In this document: positions 1 to 12,099 of the stretch, piece after piece
How positions within the stretch are numbered: position 1 is the stretch's first letter
How the letters are laid out: each line of letters starts with the position of its first letter
NCBI GenBank assembly: GCA_012295275.1
Contig: CM022679.1
Coordinates: 5,952,001 to 6,016,000, forward strand
Direction of reading: 5' to 3'
DNA length: 64,000 nucleotides
Origin: Chrysomallon squamiferum
Taxonomy: Eukaryota; Animalia; Mollusca
Notes under the pieces: model-generated
Databases searched by the model: none
Told to the model about the DNA's origin: nothing
The model's input: only the letters and a program-made list of their open reading frames with translations
Made by a program: the position numbers and the translations under genes

Positions 1-2383
1 TGTTATCAGCAGGACCTCTCCCCAAGCTTTAACCTTGTTAACCAACAACATAGCACCAAGGTAGCATGCTTGACTGAGCATTCAACCCCAGCACTATCAG
101 GGAAATAAAAATTAATGATAAACTATTACAGCAGTTTTTTAAAAACTAATTGCTGAATATTAGAACAGTTTAGTAAAAATAATGCTATGGAAGAATTAAT
201 TTATTAATTTATTTTATTACCTGAATCTTTGATGTCTTCATGCTGTACTAAACAACCATGCAATATTTTTAGCTTTTATATATATATATATATATATATG
301 CAGAATAATTATCATTGCTCTTATAGTTTTATTACTTAACTAAAAAAAAGAAAAAAAGGATGAATATAAATGAAAATTTTAAAATACATTACTAACGTTG
401 ATTTCTTAATTAGAGTTCCTAAATATCTTGTATGTTTTCCTGTTAACCAACCAATCCTTATTTTCATATGGCTTTCTGCCAATACTACAACAAAGTATAC
501 CCTATGATGTATTTAGTAAAACCTGGTGCTACCAAGTACCTTAAAGTGTGAATACAAACTTCACAAATGCCCACAAAAGTGTTGATGGAATTTTTTCAAG
601 TGTGATATAATTTAATTTATCATATTATCAAAGCCAAAGACTAATGACTTCCTTCTTAAAGGAAATAAAATAATTAGACTACCAGCAGCATATATAAAAA
701 ATTAAAATAAATAAAAAATCAATTTAAAAATCAAAGGGAATCAATAAAATTAGTCAACTCTGCTTAATTTATCCAGTTTATTTAATGGAAAAACTGTAGG
801 AATAACCACTGCACAGATTTTGAGCTGTTTTATAATTCATCATTTCTATGAAACATCAGTTTATTTTGTGATTTATACAAAATGAAAACAAGTTATAATA
901 AGAAGAAAAAAGACAGAAAATGAGCGACTATTAACCCTTAAAAATGCAGAGAATTAATAAAATATAAATAAATAATTAATAATAGTTTCTGTAGTATTTG
1001 TAAAAATGTATGTCAGTTAATTCTTAAATGTTTATGGCACTGAGCTGTCTGTCAAAATAAGTATATTCCTCAAACTTTAATTTATACAAAATTTATTTTA
1101 AGTTAACTATTTTTAATTTTACTTTTGCTGACATTTTAAGTGTTCCCTTTGACTTAGTAGTCATTGTTACCTTCAAATACTTACCTAACATATAATTTTT
1201 TGTTTTCTTTGGTGCAGATTCATTGATATATAAATTAAACCTTAAAATACTAAGTACCTCATTTAGTTGAGTTTGAGGTGAGTAATGGAGGTTGTTTTTG
1301 AAAATTTGGCTGATCATTAGCTTGACTAGAAGCCATATCAACATGTTGATAGTTCATTAATGGTTTTCTACTCCTAACATATTTACACAGATGTGTATAA
1401 AGAGTATGTTCCAAGACTGGCAAACTGTATGATACCACACATCACTTAAAATAAGTAAGGGTAATTTCATTTTTGATTATTGATTCTGAGTTTACTTTAA
1501 CCTGCTGATCATAAATATTTCAATGTTTATTTCTGAATGAATAAAGCATTTCCTAAAACAAACATGAATTGGTTGATTGTTTAGATGGTATTAGTTGTTT
1601 TGCTTTTTCATTTTTTTTTTCAATTTTTTTTTTACATCTTGTTATTATTTTCAAAACATTTTGTTGCATCTCATCAAATAAGAATATGGGTTGCATCAAA
1701 TAAATAACAACCATCAATTTTTAAATCAACAATGTTTTATATAGACAGTAAAAAAACTGACCAGTAATTACTTATTATGAAAAAGTAATGCCAGGATTTT
1801 ACATTTTGACTAATTTTAAAAATAAAAATGTTTCATTAATATTTCAAATATCTTTGTATCAGTTGTATGTTATTTGCCACAATGATGTTCACTGCCTTTA
1901 TAGTCCTCGTTTTGCAGTTTGCAATTTTTAAAACCAGTTTTTCCAAATGATATATATTAGTTCCATAACCACACTTCAACTGTATTCCATTGTTTTGAAT
2001 ACTCCATGTCCAGAAAGCTTGAATTTCTCTAAAATTAAGATAACAATAGCTAATAAAAGCTAAAACTTAAATTTGAAAGAAAAGTAAGAAACAGGAGGTT
2101 TAAAAAAATAACAAAAAAGGAAGAAAGGAAGAATTTTTTTTTTTTTAATGGACAGTGGGTGAAACAGAAGCAAGGCAATGTATGTTCTGTTTCTACAAAC
2201 TAGTATTATTAAAAGCATGAAAATGAATTTTTAGGGGATGATAATATTCTAAGAGGAGGACTGATTTGTGAATGAATCTTGAACAGATGGTAGCTTTGTT
2301 AGCTGATGGCTGTTATCCAATTACACAGAACATTGAGAAAATTCCTTCTTTATTTGTGCAAACACAAAAAAAAAAAGAGTTTT

Positions 2384-3259
2384 TCAATGAACATTAATCA
2401 CATGAAGAACTCCGCCAGGCATGAAGTCATCAGAAAGGAAGACTGATGCAGGATGTGCGAGTGTAAACACTTGGATGATGGAGCTCATAAAAAGGCAGTT
2501 ATCCTTAAAAAAGAAATTTGCATTTTCACAGCTTAGTGACAGATCTCTGAGTGTTTTAAGTAACTGCTTCTTTATGTTTTTCTAAAAAAAACATTCTTGA
2601 GGTGCTTTGTGGATTTAATTTTTTTTCACGAGCACATATTTAGCTTATGAAGTTGGTTAACTAATTCTGAATGCTTATAAATTTAAATACCAATATATTT
2701 TTAAATAGAACTGAAGTTTCCTCTGTAGGCATTCATTCTAATTATCCTTATAGTTCTAAGATAAGAGCATTTAGAATGGTTAATTTAATTTTAGTATATA
2801 GATGATGGACAAATATGTTTTTAAATAAAAAGTAAACCATCTTATTTAACAGTTAACAAATAATGAAAATGACACTGATGGGACAGATAAATGTAATAGA
2901 ATATCAAAAAGCTACTGATTCATAAACAGTAATCAAGTACATAGGATCAGTGATTAACAAAACAATTTTATATAATCTGAAACTCTTCTTTTCCATTATA
3001 GAAGTCATCTTCTGCTATATAAAGCAATATGTGGTACTAACTTAGAGGCTATCTCCTACTCAGCTGCATGCTTGGAAACCCAGCTCTGCGTCAAGTGGTT
3101 AACCAATGCCAAATATTTGGCTACTAACATTTTGTGAGAAAACACTGGTATTATTTCAACTGACACTCTGTTCCTTGCTGCCACCTTTGACATTTTGAAA
3201 ACAAGACAATTTCCTTGGATTTCCTTTTCTACATCAGTCAGTCAGAGCCTAATATTTTC
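2384..3259 (-). pseudogene. Decayed Mab-21 fold (MiD49/51- or cGLR-like) exons
   Basis: Block 3042-3259 reads ENIRL*LTDVEK...RVSVEIIPVFSHKMLVAKYLALVNHLTQSWVSKHAAE*EIAS; block 2384-2581 reads KNIKKQLLKTLRDL...MSSIIQVFTLAHP. The motif order h[DE]hhP, LVAK, W..S...AE, LLKxLRD matches the Mab-21 domain. Two in-frame stops and a phase break. Confidence 0.35.
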
Positions 3260-6200
3260 CTGTAGCATTTTAATCCACGAAGTGCTCTACAAATGTATTA
3301 AAGTCTAACACAATTTCAAATTTACAATTATAAAATAATTTTCTTTTGATGCAAGACAACTGAAAATGTTAAATTACAGAACTAATTTAAATAGAATTTA
3401 CTCCAACCACAATTTGTGGTCATCATTTATACTGTACATATTGTGCTGAACTTCTTATATTTAATTTAATAATTCTTGGTGAAGCATCACAATTTTTAAT
3501 TCAAGATAAACTGATTTTAATACTCTGAGGATTCATCATACCTGCAACTTTTATCACCTATTAGACCTGGGATATTAGAAGTTAAAATTTTGAAGACAGA
3601 AAGAGAAATACATTTTATCACTGCTCTATAGAAATGTAAGCAGACATAGGTTCAGTTTTCACTAATACTGATATATTTTTTGTTGTTTCTAAAAGATGTA
3701 TTTTTTTAATTATTATTCTTATTTTTACAAGATTTTATCCTTATAGACTATAAAACACACTGATAAAGTTATGATATCTTGTGGCATATTGAAATATCAC
3801 TGATTCAAAGCTGATAATACCAACCTTGGCACCTACTCAGTGTGAATATTTCAGTAAAGTTAATAGGTTGATGTAAGACAATGCCACAATTTCTATCTCA
3901 TGTCTCCAGTTCAGATCATAAAAGCATGCTTTTAACCTAGGTCAGTGAAGTAAATTATGCACACTTTTATTTTACATATTTGTTTTACATGCATCTGAAT
4001 TTTAAGAAGAAACAACTTTGTCAAAGGAACGTTATGTCCATGAATTACATCCCACTTCACAATACTGGCACAGGTTGCCACATTATGAAAGATTTACTTG
4101 CTCAGGTTTCAAACACACTATCTTTTCCAGTCAAAGAATCAGCCTTTCTGGGTCCATTCCTGACATGGAGGTATTTAGAACATTTATAATAATTAATCAC
4201 TAAAGAATTTTCTTCAACCCATATCACTGAAGTAAACAATAAATGACTTTAATGGAATTTCACACTTACATTGCTAGCTATGTAAACTGTGCTGAAAAAA
4301 AAAAACCTACCATCAACAATGTTACAGTAAATAATTATAAGCAGCTGCACAAGAAAGATGAATAGCATTGCAACCATGGCCTAAAGCAAGATGTAGACAT
4401 AGAAAAAGTATACCTATTAAAAAAAAAAAAAAAAAAACTGAAAAAAACAAAAACTATATGTTTATTCTGCAATATTTATTTTCATTTTTTATATATTCTT
4501 GAACTTTAATATTAGATATCAGTTATATGTTTGCAAAGACTATTATCAGCATATAATTTTATTAACACCTTCTCTTAGATAGGAAAGTTCTACCATCATA
4601 TTTGAAAAAATACTAATGAAGCACTGATTAGAAATGGAAATAGCTCATCTTGTGACCCATGTATCAAAGTCCAGATTGTTTTGTACAGTGAAATTAAATT
4701 AGTATATGATTCATTCTTTTCTGTAAAATTATTAAACTTTGGATTTAAAATGATAATAAATTAATCAATATTTAAAATGTTTTTCCAAAAATACTGATGA
4801 GCTAAATAATGATTTGCATGTGCACCTGTTTCAAACTTAAAAGGAAACAAAGAGGTTAATTTCTTTGGTGAATTACTACAAACATCACTTACTTTACCAA
4901 GTATGTTTTATTTAAAAAAAGAAAAAAAGAGAAAAGGTTTGGCAGGAGTACTTTTTTCAGTGTATGTTTTCTATCAACAGTAATTTTTTATGTGACATCT
5001 AATAAACTGAGACAGGGCATCAGCCATATCTAGTCAAACAGCAGTGAGCTGGTAGTGAGCAAAAGCATGTCCAATGAAAAAAATCAGCATGTGTTGTCCT
5101 TCTTCATTCAGGAAGCTAATAAATATGTCTGACAAGACAAAAACACCTGCTTTGGCAGGAAGTACCAAGGAATAGTCTGTCAGAAAACTCTGTGGTTGGT
5201 TTATTTCCAGAAGGTTTGTTTTTTATAAGGGAGAATAGGTTTAATTTAGGGATGCAGTAATCAAAATATCATAAAATTTAAAATGCAGTAATAATTAAAA
5301 CAATACCTTCAGATTTTGTTGTTACTGGTTAGTTATTACTGAAAAAATTTGTTATCATTTAATCTGAAATAAAAGTATGCAATTTCATACATCAAATAAT
5401 ATTATGCTGATGATTAACTATGCATGCATGTAACCTTAAGATTAATTATTAAATAGGATCTTTTGATGTTTAACTTAAGGAGGTTTAATTATGTGTACAC
5501 TATCCATTAGAAATTTTCCCTAAATTTAGTCATGACCAAATTTATACAAATTTTTCCATGACAGCCTTAAATGTAGTTAATTGTCAAATCACAACATAAT
5601 TTTCTAGAACCGTGTTGGATAATTTATAATTTAAAATTTTTTGCAGTATCTACATAGTTATTTTGGGTCATTCAATACCCTGAACTACATTTGATTCAAA
5701 TGAAAGTGTGACTGACGTGAAATTACAGTCAGATGTTTTCTTATTGTTAAGTTTGAAAGTTATAATGATTGATTCAACTGTAAGGGAAGAACAGTTTAAT
5801 ATTAGGTGTCGTTATATAAATTTTAACTTTATTATCACATTCTGTTTTCTTTTTTGTTTGTTTGTTTGTTTTGAGAGGATGTTTTAGTTTGTTTATATCT
5901 TTGTTAATAAAATATGGGAAGTAGAAAAGCAAAACTTCATCTACAGCCTTTGATGGATTTGACATTACCAAAGTATCTTTAGAAGTATAAACTACATTCC
6001 TCTTTTATGTCAAAAAGTTTTAGTTATTGTAATTTGAGGTACATGTTTATAATAAAGTAAATTATAATACTGAAAGAAATGCTATGTAATAATATATTGA
6101 AATAATTTCCATAATTCTTCACAAATTATCATTGGTGATGAGTAATTATATATTCTGATTTCTGAATTTTTACTGCATTATTTAAAGAAAATCCTACAAT

Positions 6201-7020
6201 AAAACAACAACAGTTTTAAAAAATAATAAATAATAACAAATCCTTGATAAACCAATGCTTAGAGCTATTTTGCTGTAATTAACTCAGCCACTATTTTAAA
6301 ATTGTGCACAATAAACAGAAAATGCCTGCCTTCAATTTTTATTGAAGTTTGTTATTTTATTTTCATATGTAATATTAGCAATATAAATAAATAAAAATAA
6401 TAATAATAATTTAGAAACAGTCAAAAAGTGTATAGGTCATTTGTACTTATATCCAAAAAAAGACTTAACAATTATTTTATTGAATCCAACAGGCTATCCA
6501 TTTACAAATTTCTAAGATAAAAAGTGCAATAGGTTCTATTGTTATGATATCCTACACATACAGAAAATTTCTGAATATACTCTATACATCTTGCTTATGA
6601 ATGCATTATTTTCCTCCATTGTGAATATACTTTTTCTTTCCTTTCAAAATCAATCACCTGTCACCAACAGTGTCAGGTAACTAAAAGAAAAAGAAGAAAC
6701 TGCATAACTGAAATTATGAAAGTACATTTTCAAGATATGTTTGTGTCATATTAATTTTCTAATGCATATACACTGATAATATCAGATTAGTGAACTAAGA
6801 ATTTAGTGAAAATAAATAAATTTGTAATGTTAAGTATATTTTTTAATAATAATAAATCAATACAATTATTAGAATATTTCAGCATGCACCATTATAGATA
6901 TATATATATAAAAATCAATTAATAAAATAAGGTCATAATCAACTGCACATTACTCATTTCTACACTGGATGGACAACAATGTCCTTTTTGGTTCTTTATT
7001 TATTATTCTTTGGGTATTTT

Positions 7021-7058
<38 letters not shown>

Positions 7059-8019
7059 CTTGAAACTTTATGTAACATACTAAATCAATCAACTAAAAAC
7101 AAAAACACTTTTTTTTTTTTTTTTAAATAAATGTTATTTAAAAAGAAAAATCTGTATGTCAAAATTAAAATACTGTGGATTTTCAGATGTGCAGAACATC
7201 ATACAGTGAAACATTTTCATTGCTGACTTTAACAAGGATCAAGGAAACAGCAATTCATAAAATTGTAAGCAATGATTTTTTTTTTTTTTTTTTTTAAAGA
7301 CTCTACATCACTTTTGACATATTTAATATAATGCTCAGCTGGAAGCTTAAACTACTGAGCATATATAAATGACTCTGCGGACATGAAAGCAGGAATAAAA
7401 TACTGCTGATCTTATCACATATACATATGCATTCTAAACGAGACAAAACATATAACTGAAAATAACTTTCAAAATTGTATTTTTTCCAGTTTAAAGATGA
7501 TTAAAAACCCACAATAATTACCTTTCAAAAATAATGTCAATTCTAGCAAAGTTATGAACAAGATGGATGAATGAATATCGAAGGTAAAATTAAATCTGGA
7601 CAAATAAACATATTTGGTAACAAGGAAGTTGAAAATTGTAAGATATCGTGTTTAAAAATATATTAATTAAAAAGTGGACAAATATAATAATTATTATTTG
7701 TATTCACAGCTGGGTTTTGGGGGTTTTTTTAGTTTTTTGTTCTTAATTTCTTTTCAAAGAAATGTAATTATGAATAATAAGTTTAATATAAATGAACAGA
7801 ATACAGCTCAAAGATGGACTCTTGAACAGGTGCATAAAGTGATGATTTCTACCAGGTTTATCTTCATACTTGCTTCGAACTGATAAGAACATGATCCTGT
7901 GACTATAAGAAAAACATCTACAGTTTAAATATTGGCAAATCTCCAGCAGAAACACATGTAGTTTGCTATTTGTTTACATAGAGTTTAATTTAAACTATTA
8001 ATTTTATTATTTATTTATT

Positions 8020-8250
8020 TATTTATTTATTTTTGACTTTGTTTTTATAAAACAAATTTAGTTCTATTTCTAAATGTTTACTGATCTATATTTCGCTACA
8101 TTTTAGAAATGATAACTTTTATAGGTTTTTTTTAATTTGAAAACTTGTCATTAAATATATACTATTAATAATAACTAGGAAATTAAATAGTATTATGCAG
8201 ATGCAAATATTTTTCACCATATTTAATTTAAATAAAAGAATGGAAATTCA
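8020..8250 (+). repeat. Interspersed AT-rich repeat, copy 1
   Basis: tttgactttgttt...tttctaaatgtttactgatcta...gtcattaaat...attaaatagtattatgcag aligns with 26030-26450. Confidence 0.7.
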
Positions 8251-10493
8251 AAAATATTACTTGAATCTCACAAACGCCAATTTAACAACAAATTAAAATA
8301 AGCTGTGTTTTTCACTTCTCTGTAATTCTAATTGATGCAAACAGAAAAATTTCAAAAAAAAATGTGTACAGAAATAGAAAATATCAATGCTTTTAATAAC
8401 AAAAGGAATCAAATGCATAACATTATACCTAACAGTACTAACATTTTCTAAACAAACTAAACCCCTTCTTATTCATGAATGGCTGCCAGATGTACTGAAT
8501 ACAAAAGGAAATGGATGCCAAATGAAGAAAAAAACATTCCTTTGTAGAAGGCTTCCTCTGCAATCATGTCATAACAAGGCAGGAGCAAGAACAAATATTG
8601 TATTTACATATTACATCAATTACAATTATGTTTTGATCTTTCAGTATGTACAAAGTTTTTCGAAATTCAGAAATTGTTTTCGTATGTTAAATAATCTATT
8701 TAGTAAACAAAGGGCAACGAAAGAAAGTGCAAGAAACTACAATTTCAAATTATTTACTGGAGTCTAATATAAACAGATGGCTGGTTTAGCAGTAAGAGAA
8801 TGATAACATAAATTTGTGCTCTAGAAAAAAGTAAATTTAACAGTAAGACATTTTTTATATATATTTTCTCATTGCAAGTAAATGTGTCACCTACTGCACC
8901 TCAAAATTTATTTATTCAAATATATCCCATAAACAACAGACATTTTAAAGCAAATAATATAATATTATTTATTAGTACATAAAGAATAACTTAATTAATT
9001 AAGAAGTAAGACAAATTAATTATAAATTTTTTATCAAAAGAGTAATTTGTTAATACATTTTCTCAGACTGTTGAAAAACATCAGCCCGAAATTACAAAAC
9101 AAGATATTACAAAGAGCATATTATCTGCAATGAATATATAGCTCATGAAAATAATATATCAGAATATGTTATATCTTAAGTAAAACTTTGAATGATAAAA
9201 ATCACCTAATGGTAAAAATGCAATGAAATAAAATAGTTCTGTAATAGTTCTGACAAAACCTTTCCTGACCTTCAAATTAATATTAAAATGTTTTTTCAAT
9301 TGTTTTAAAATTCCTTTTTTTCTTTTTTTTAAATACTTTTTTCTCCTGTTTTTTTTAAAAATATTTTTATAAACACTGCACAACACTCCTATTAGTTTAC
9401 TTAAAAACAAAACTGATCTGATCTAATCTCTAAAGAGGAGTTAAATGTTGCTGTGTTATGATAAGCTTTGGTTCATAATAAAATATTGTGTTCTATTAGC
9501 AAAAAGTCCAGTTATAAAAGCCATGGTAGTTTCTCAAGTATACATGATAATGTAATTCACATATCAAACTTCAAATGAATGTGAAAATAAACAAATAATA
9601 CATTTAAGGTATATTAGATATTCAAATAAAATAATAAAAAATAATTAAATAAATAAATAAAATAATATTAGTAATAATAATAATAATAATTTAAGATTTG
9701 TTCAACTGGCAACAACAAAAACACTAATGTGAAAAAAGAAACTTTTTGTTACAGTCTCAATTATTTCATGTATTTCAAAAACCATCATTTTACTTCTCAG
9801 GCTACAGATTTATTGACAAATATATTTTTGAATGGAATGGGAAATAGGTTTGGTGAGAAAGACTGAAATTGCAACCATCTAAGCACCTGTGAGCACTACG
9901 TCCAAATATTTTGAAACAAACCACTCCACCACTGCCAAAAAAACAGCATGTGTGCCTTTACAAATGCCCTCAGTTATATTCTGAATATTATGTTAATAAA
10001 ACAACATTTAGAATGGAGAATAATCACTAGAACAATATAAAATATGTGTTCTAGACCAATTACCTCTTATTGTTTCTATTATGGCTTAATTATAACCTTG
10101 ATAAATGCTCTATAGCTCTGTTCATCCAGATAGATATTTCATTATGTAATTATAAAAATTAAGCTATTTATCAAGCAGACTGGGCCAAACTATGCAGAAC
10201 TGTCAAGAATTGCTGTCTTTTAATAATGAGATATTGTTAATTCTGATTCCATTTCAGAACATTGTGCTATAATGTATCACCAATCCTGTCCACTATATAA
10301 CACCAGTCAACTTCCAATTATTCATGTCACTTATCTGCATAACTGGTAGTTTTCTTGGAATTAAGCCAACAACTTTAAACATGACAAGTCTTTATGTGTA
10401 AATCCTTCCTCACACTGTAATGATTTAACATTCTCTGGACACTATAGGAAGATGATGAAAAGTCTCAGATTGAATTCATATGTTAAATTATGA

Positions 10494-10494
<1 letters not shown>

Positions 10495-10539
<45 letters not shown>
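10495..10539. repeat. (CA)n microsatellite
   Basis: Perfect run. Confidence 0.95.
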
Positions 10540-10541
<2 letters not shown>

Positions 10542-10974
10542 TACAAAAGAAAGAAATAATAAGAATTAATATAATGTAGCATATTGACATTTTTATAAAA
10601 ATCTATACATGTTAGAAGTATTTGATTAATACCTGTTTTAAGGACCATAAAGAAAAATAACCAGCTACAATAAAATATTACAACACATTGTTTGCCATTT
10701 GTTTACCTATGTTTACCTATGTAAAAGACCTACAATTAGTTCACAAGATACTTGCTTGTAGGTGGAATATAAACCTAAGTTAAATATATTGACCTAACTT
10801 TATAATTTCCAATAAAATTGCAAAGACTGTATAGTATTCATACTATCATAGTGTTATAAACCAATGAAGTGAAGAAAAATACATTTATAATAACTATTTG
10901 ATTTAAATGTATATCATATACATGTTAATGTAATATTAAATGCACTGTTAAGGAAATTGGTGTTACAGGAATAA

Positions 10975-11494
10975 AATGTTTTGTAGGAAAAGCAAGTACA
11001 TTTTCACTAACATATGAACACATCAGAGATTACAGACTGACAAGAAATTAATTTCCATAAAAAATTAAATACAACTGTTTAATTTTCAAATGAAATTTTA
11101 AAAACATCTTTGAAGAAAAATGCTGACATCATAATATTGAAATCTTTATTTAAAAAAAAAAAATAATAATAATAATAATAATAATAATAGTAATAGCAAT
11201 AATAATAATAAGAACCACAACAACAAAATTATTATCAAGGAAATAACTATTCAGTTCATAAAACTGTTAATTCTAATGCTGTCACAACTAACGTCCTCAG
11301 ATACTATTTTTATGAGCTCTGACATTTCTTTAACCAATGAATTGTACATATTCACAGCCAATTTGTTTTCCAAGAAAACAATTTAATCTTCTGATTATAT
11401 CTTTCTTTAAGTGGAAAGTAATTTCTTGTCAGTCTGTAATCTCTGATGTGTTGATGTGTAAGTGAAAACGTTCTTGCTTTTCCTACAAAACATT
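10975..11494. mobile_element. MITE-like element with about 90-bp inverted arms
   Basis: 10975-11063 (aatgttttgtaggaaaagcaag...catcagagattacagactgacaagaaatta) is the reverse complement of 11408-11494; non-coding interior. Confidence 0.65.
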
Positions 11495-12099
11495 CAGAAA
11501 AATGCTAGACAGAATAGGACTAAATAAAGTCATATACTAGGCATTTGTATTTTAATTTTAAATTAATCATATTGGATGTATGAATGGATGGATACATAGA
11601 TAATTTATTGATGTTATCACAAATCATAAAAGACTCTTAAGTATAATGCACCCAGGACAATATTTTTCTATAATATTTTTTTTTTTTTTTTTTTTCCTTA
11701 GTTAATAAAATAATTTTCTGATCTTTCTACACCTCCCTTTGAGAATTCTTTTCTTTTTACCAAGTCTTTGCCAATGCAATGACTGCCTGCTAACTCCATC
11801 AAACACAGGTGATGTGTAACACAAACTGAAGTAACCCCTTTGATCTTTGGAATAGGTGGGGAAAAGTCCTTTTAAACATAATTAACTTATCCTGGTTCTG
11901 ATGTTGAAGCATTAGAAAATATTAATAACATATTTTACCCTTTTATTTTAAGGTTAACTAAAAGATGAATAAAATAAACCAATATCCAGAAAATAATTAT
12001 GAACATAGCCAAAAGCAGAACAGTAGTGCTATAAACAGTTATTTTAAGAAGGAGAAGGAAAAAAGAAAACATTTCTAACCACTGGTCCAAATATTACTC

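Noticed and set aside
3042-3259. In-frame stops as selenocysteine, readthrough or a variant genetic code
   Set aside because: Stops in the left block include TGA, TAG and TAA together with frameshifts, while the intact genes in the window read normally in the standard code; decay or assembly error is more parsimonious.
7188-7265. Plus-strand exon-like block (tttcAG...|GTAAG, MCRTSYSETFSLLTLTRIKETAIHKI)
   Set aside because: No partner exons or recognisable protein could be linked to it; may be chance or another remnant.
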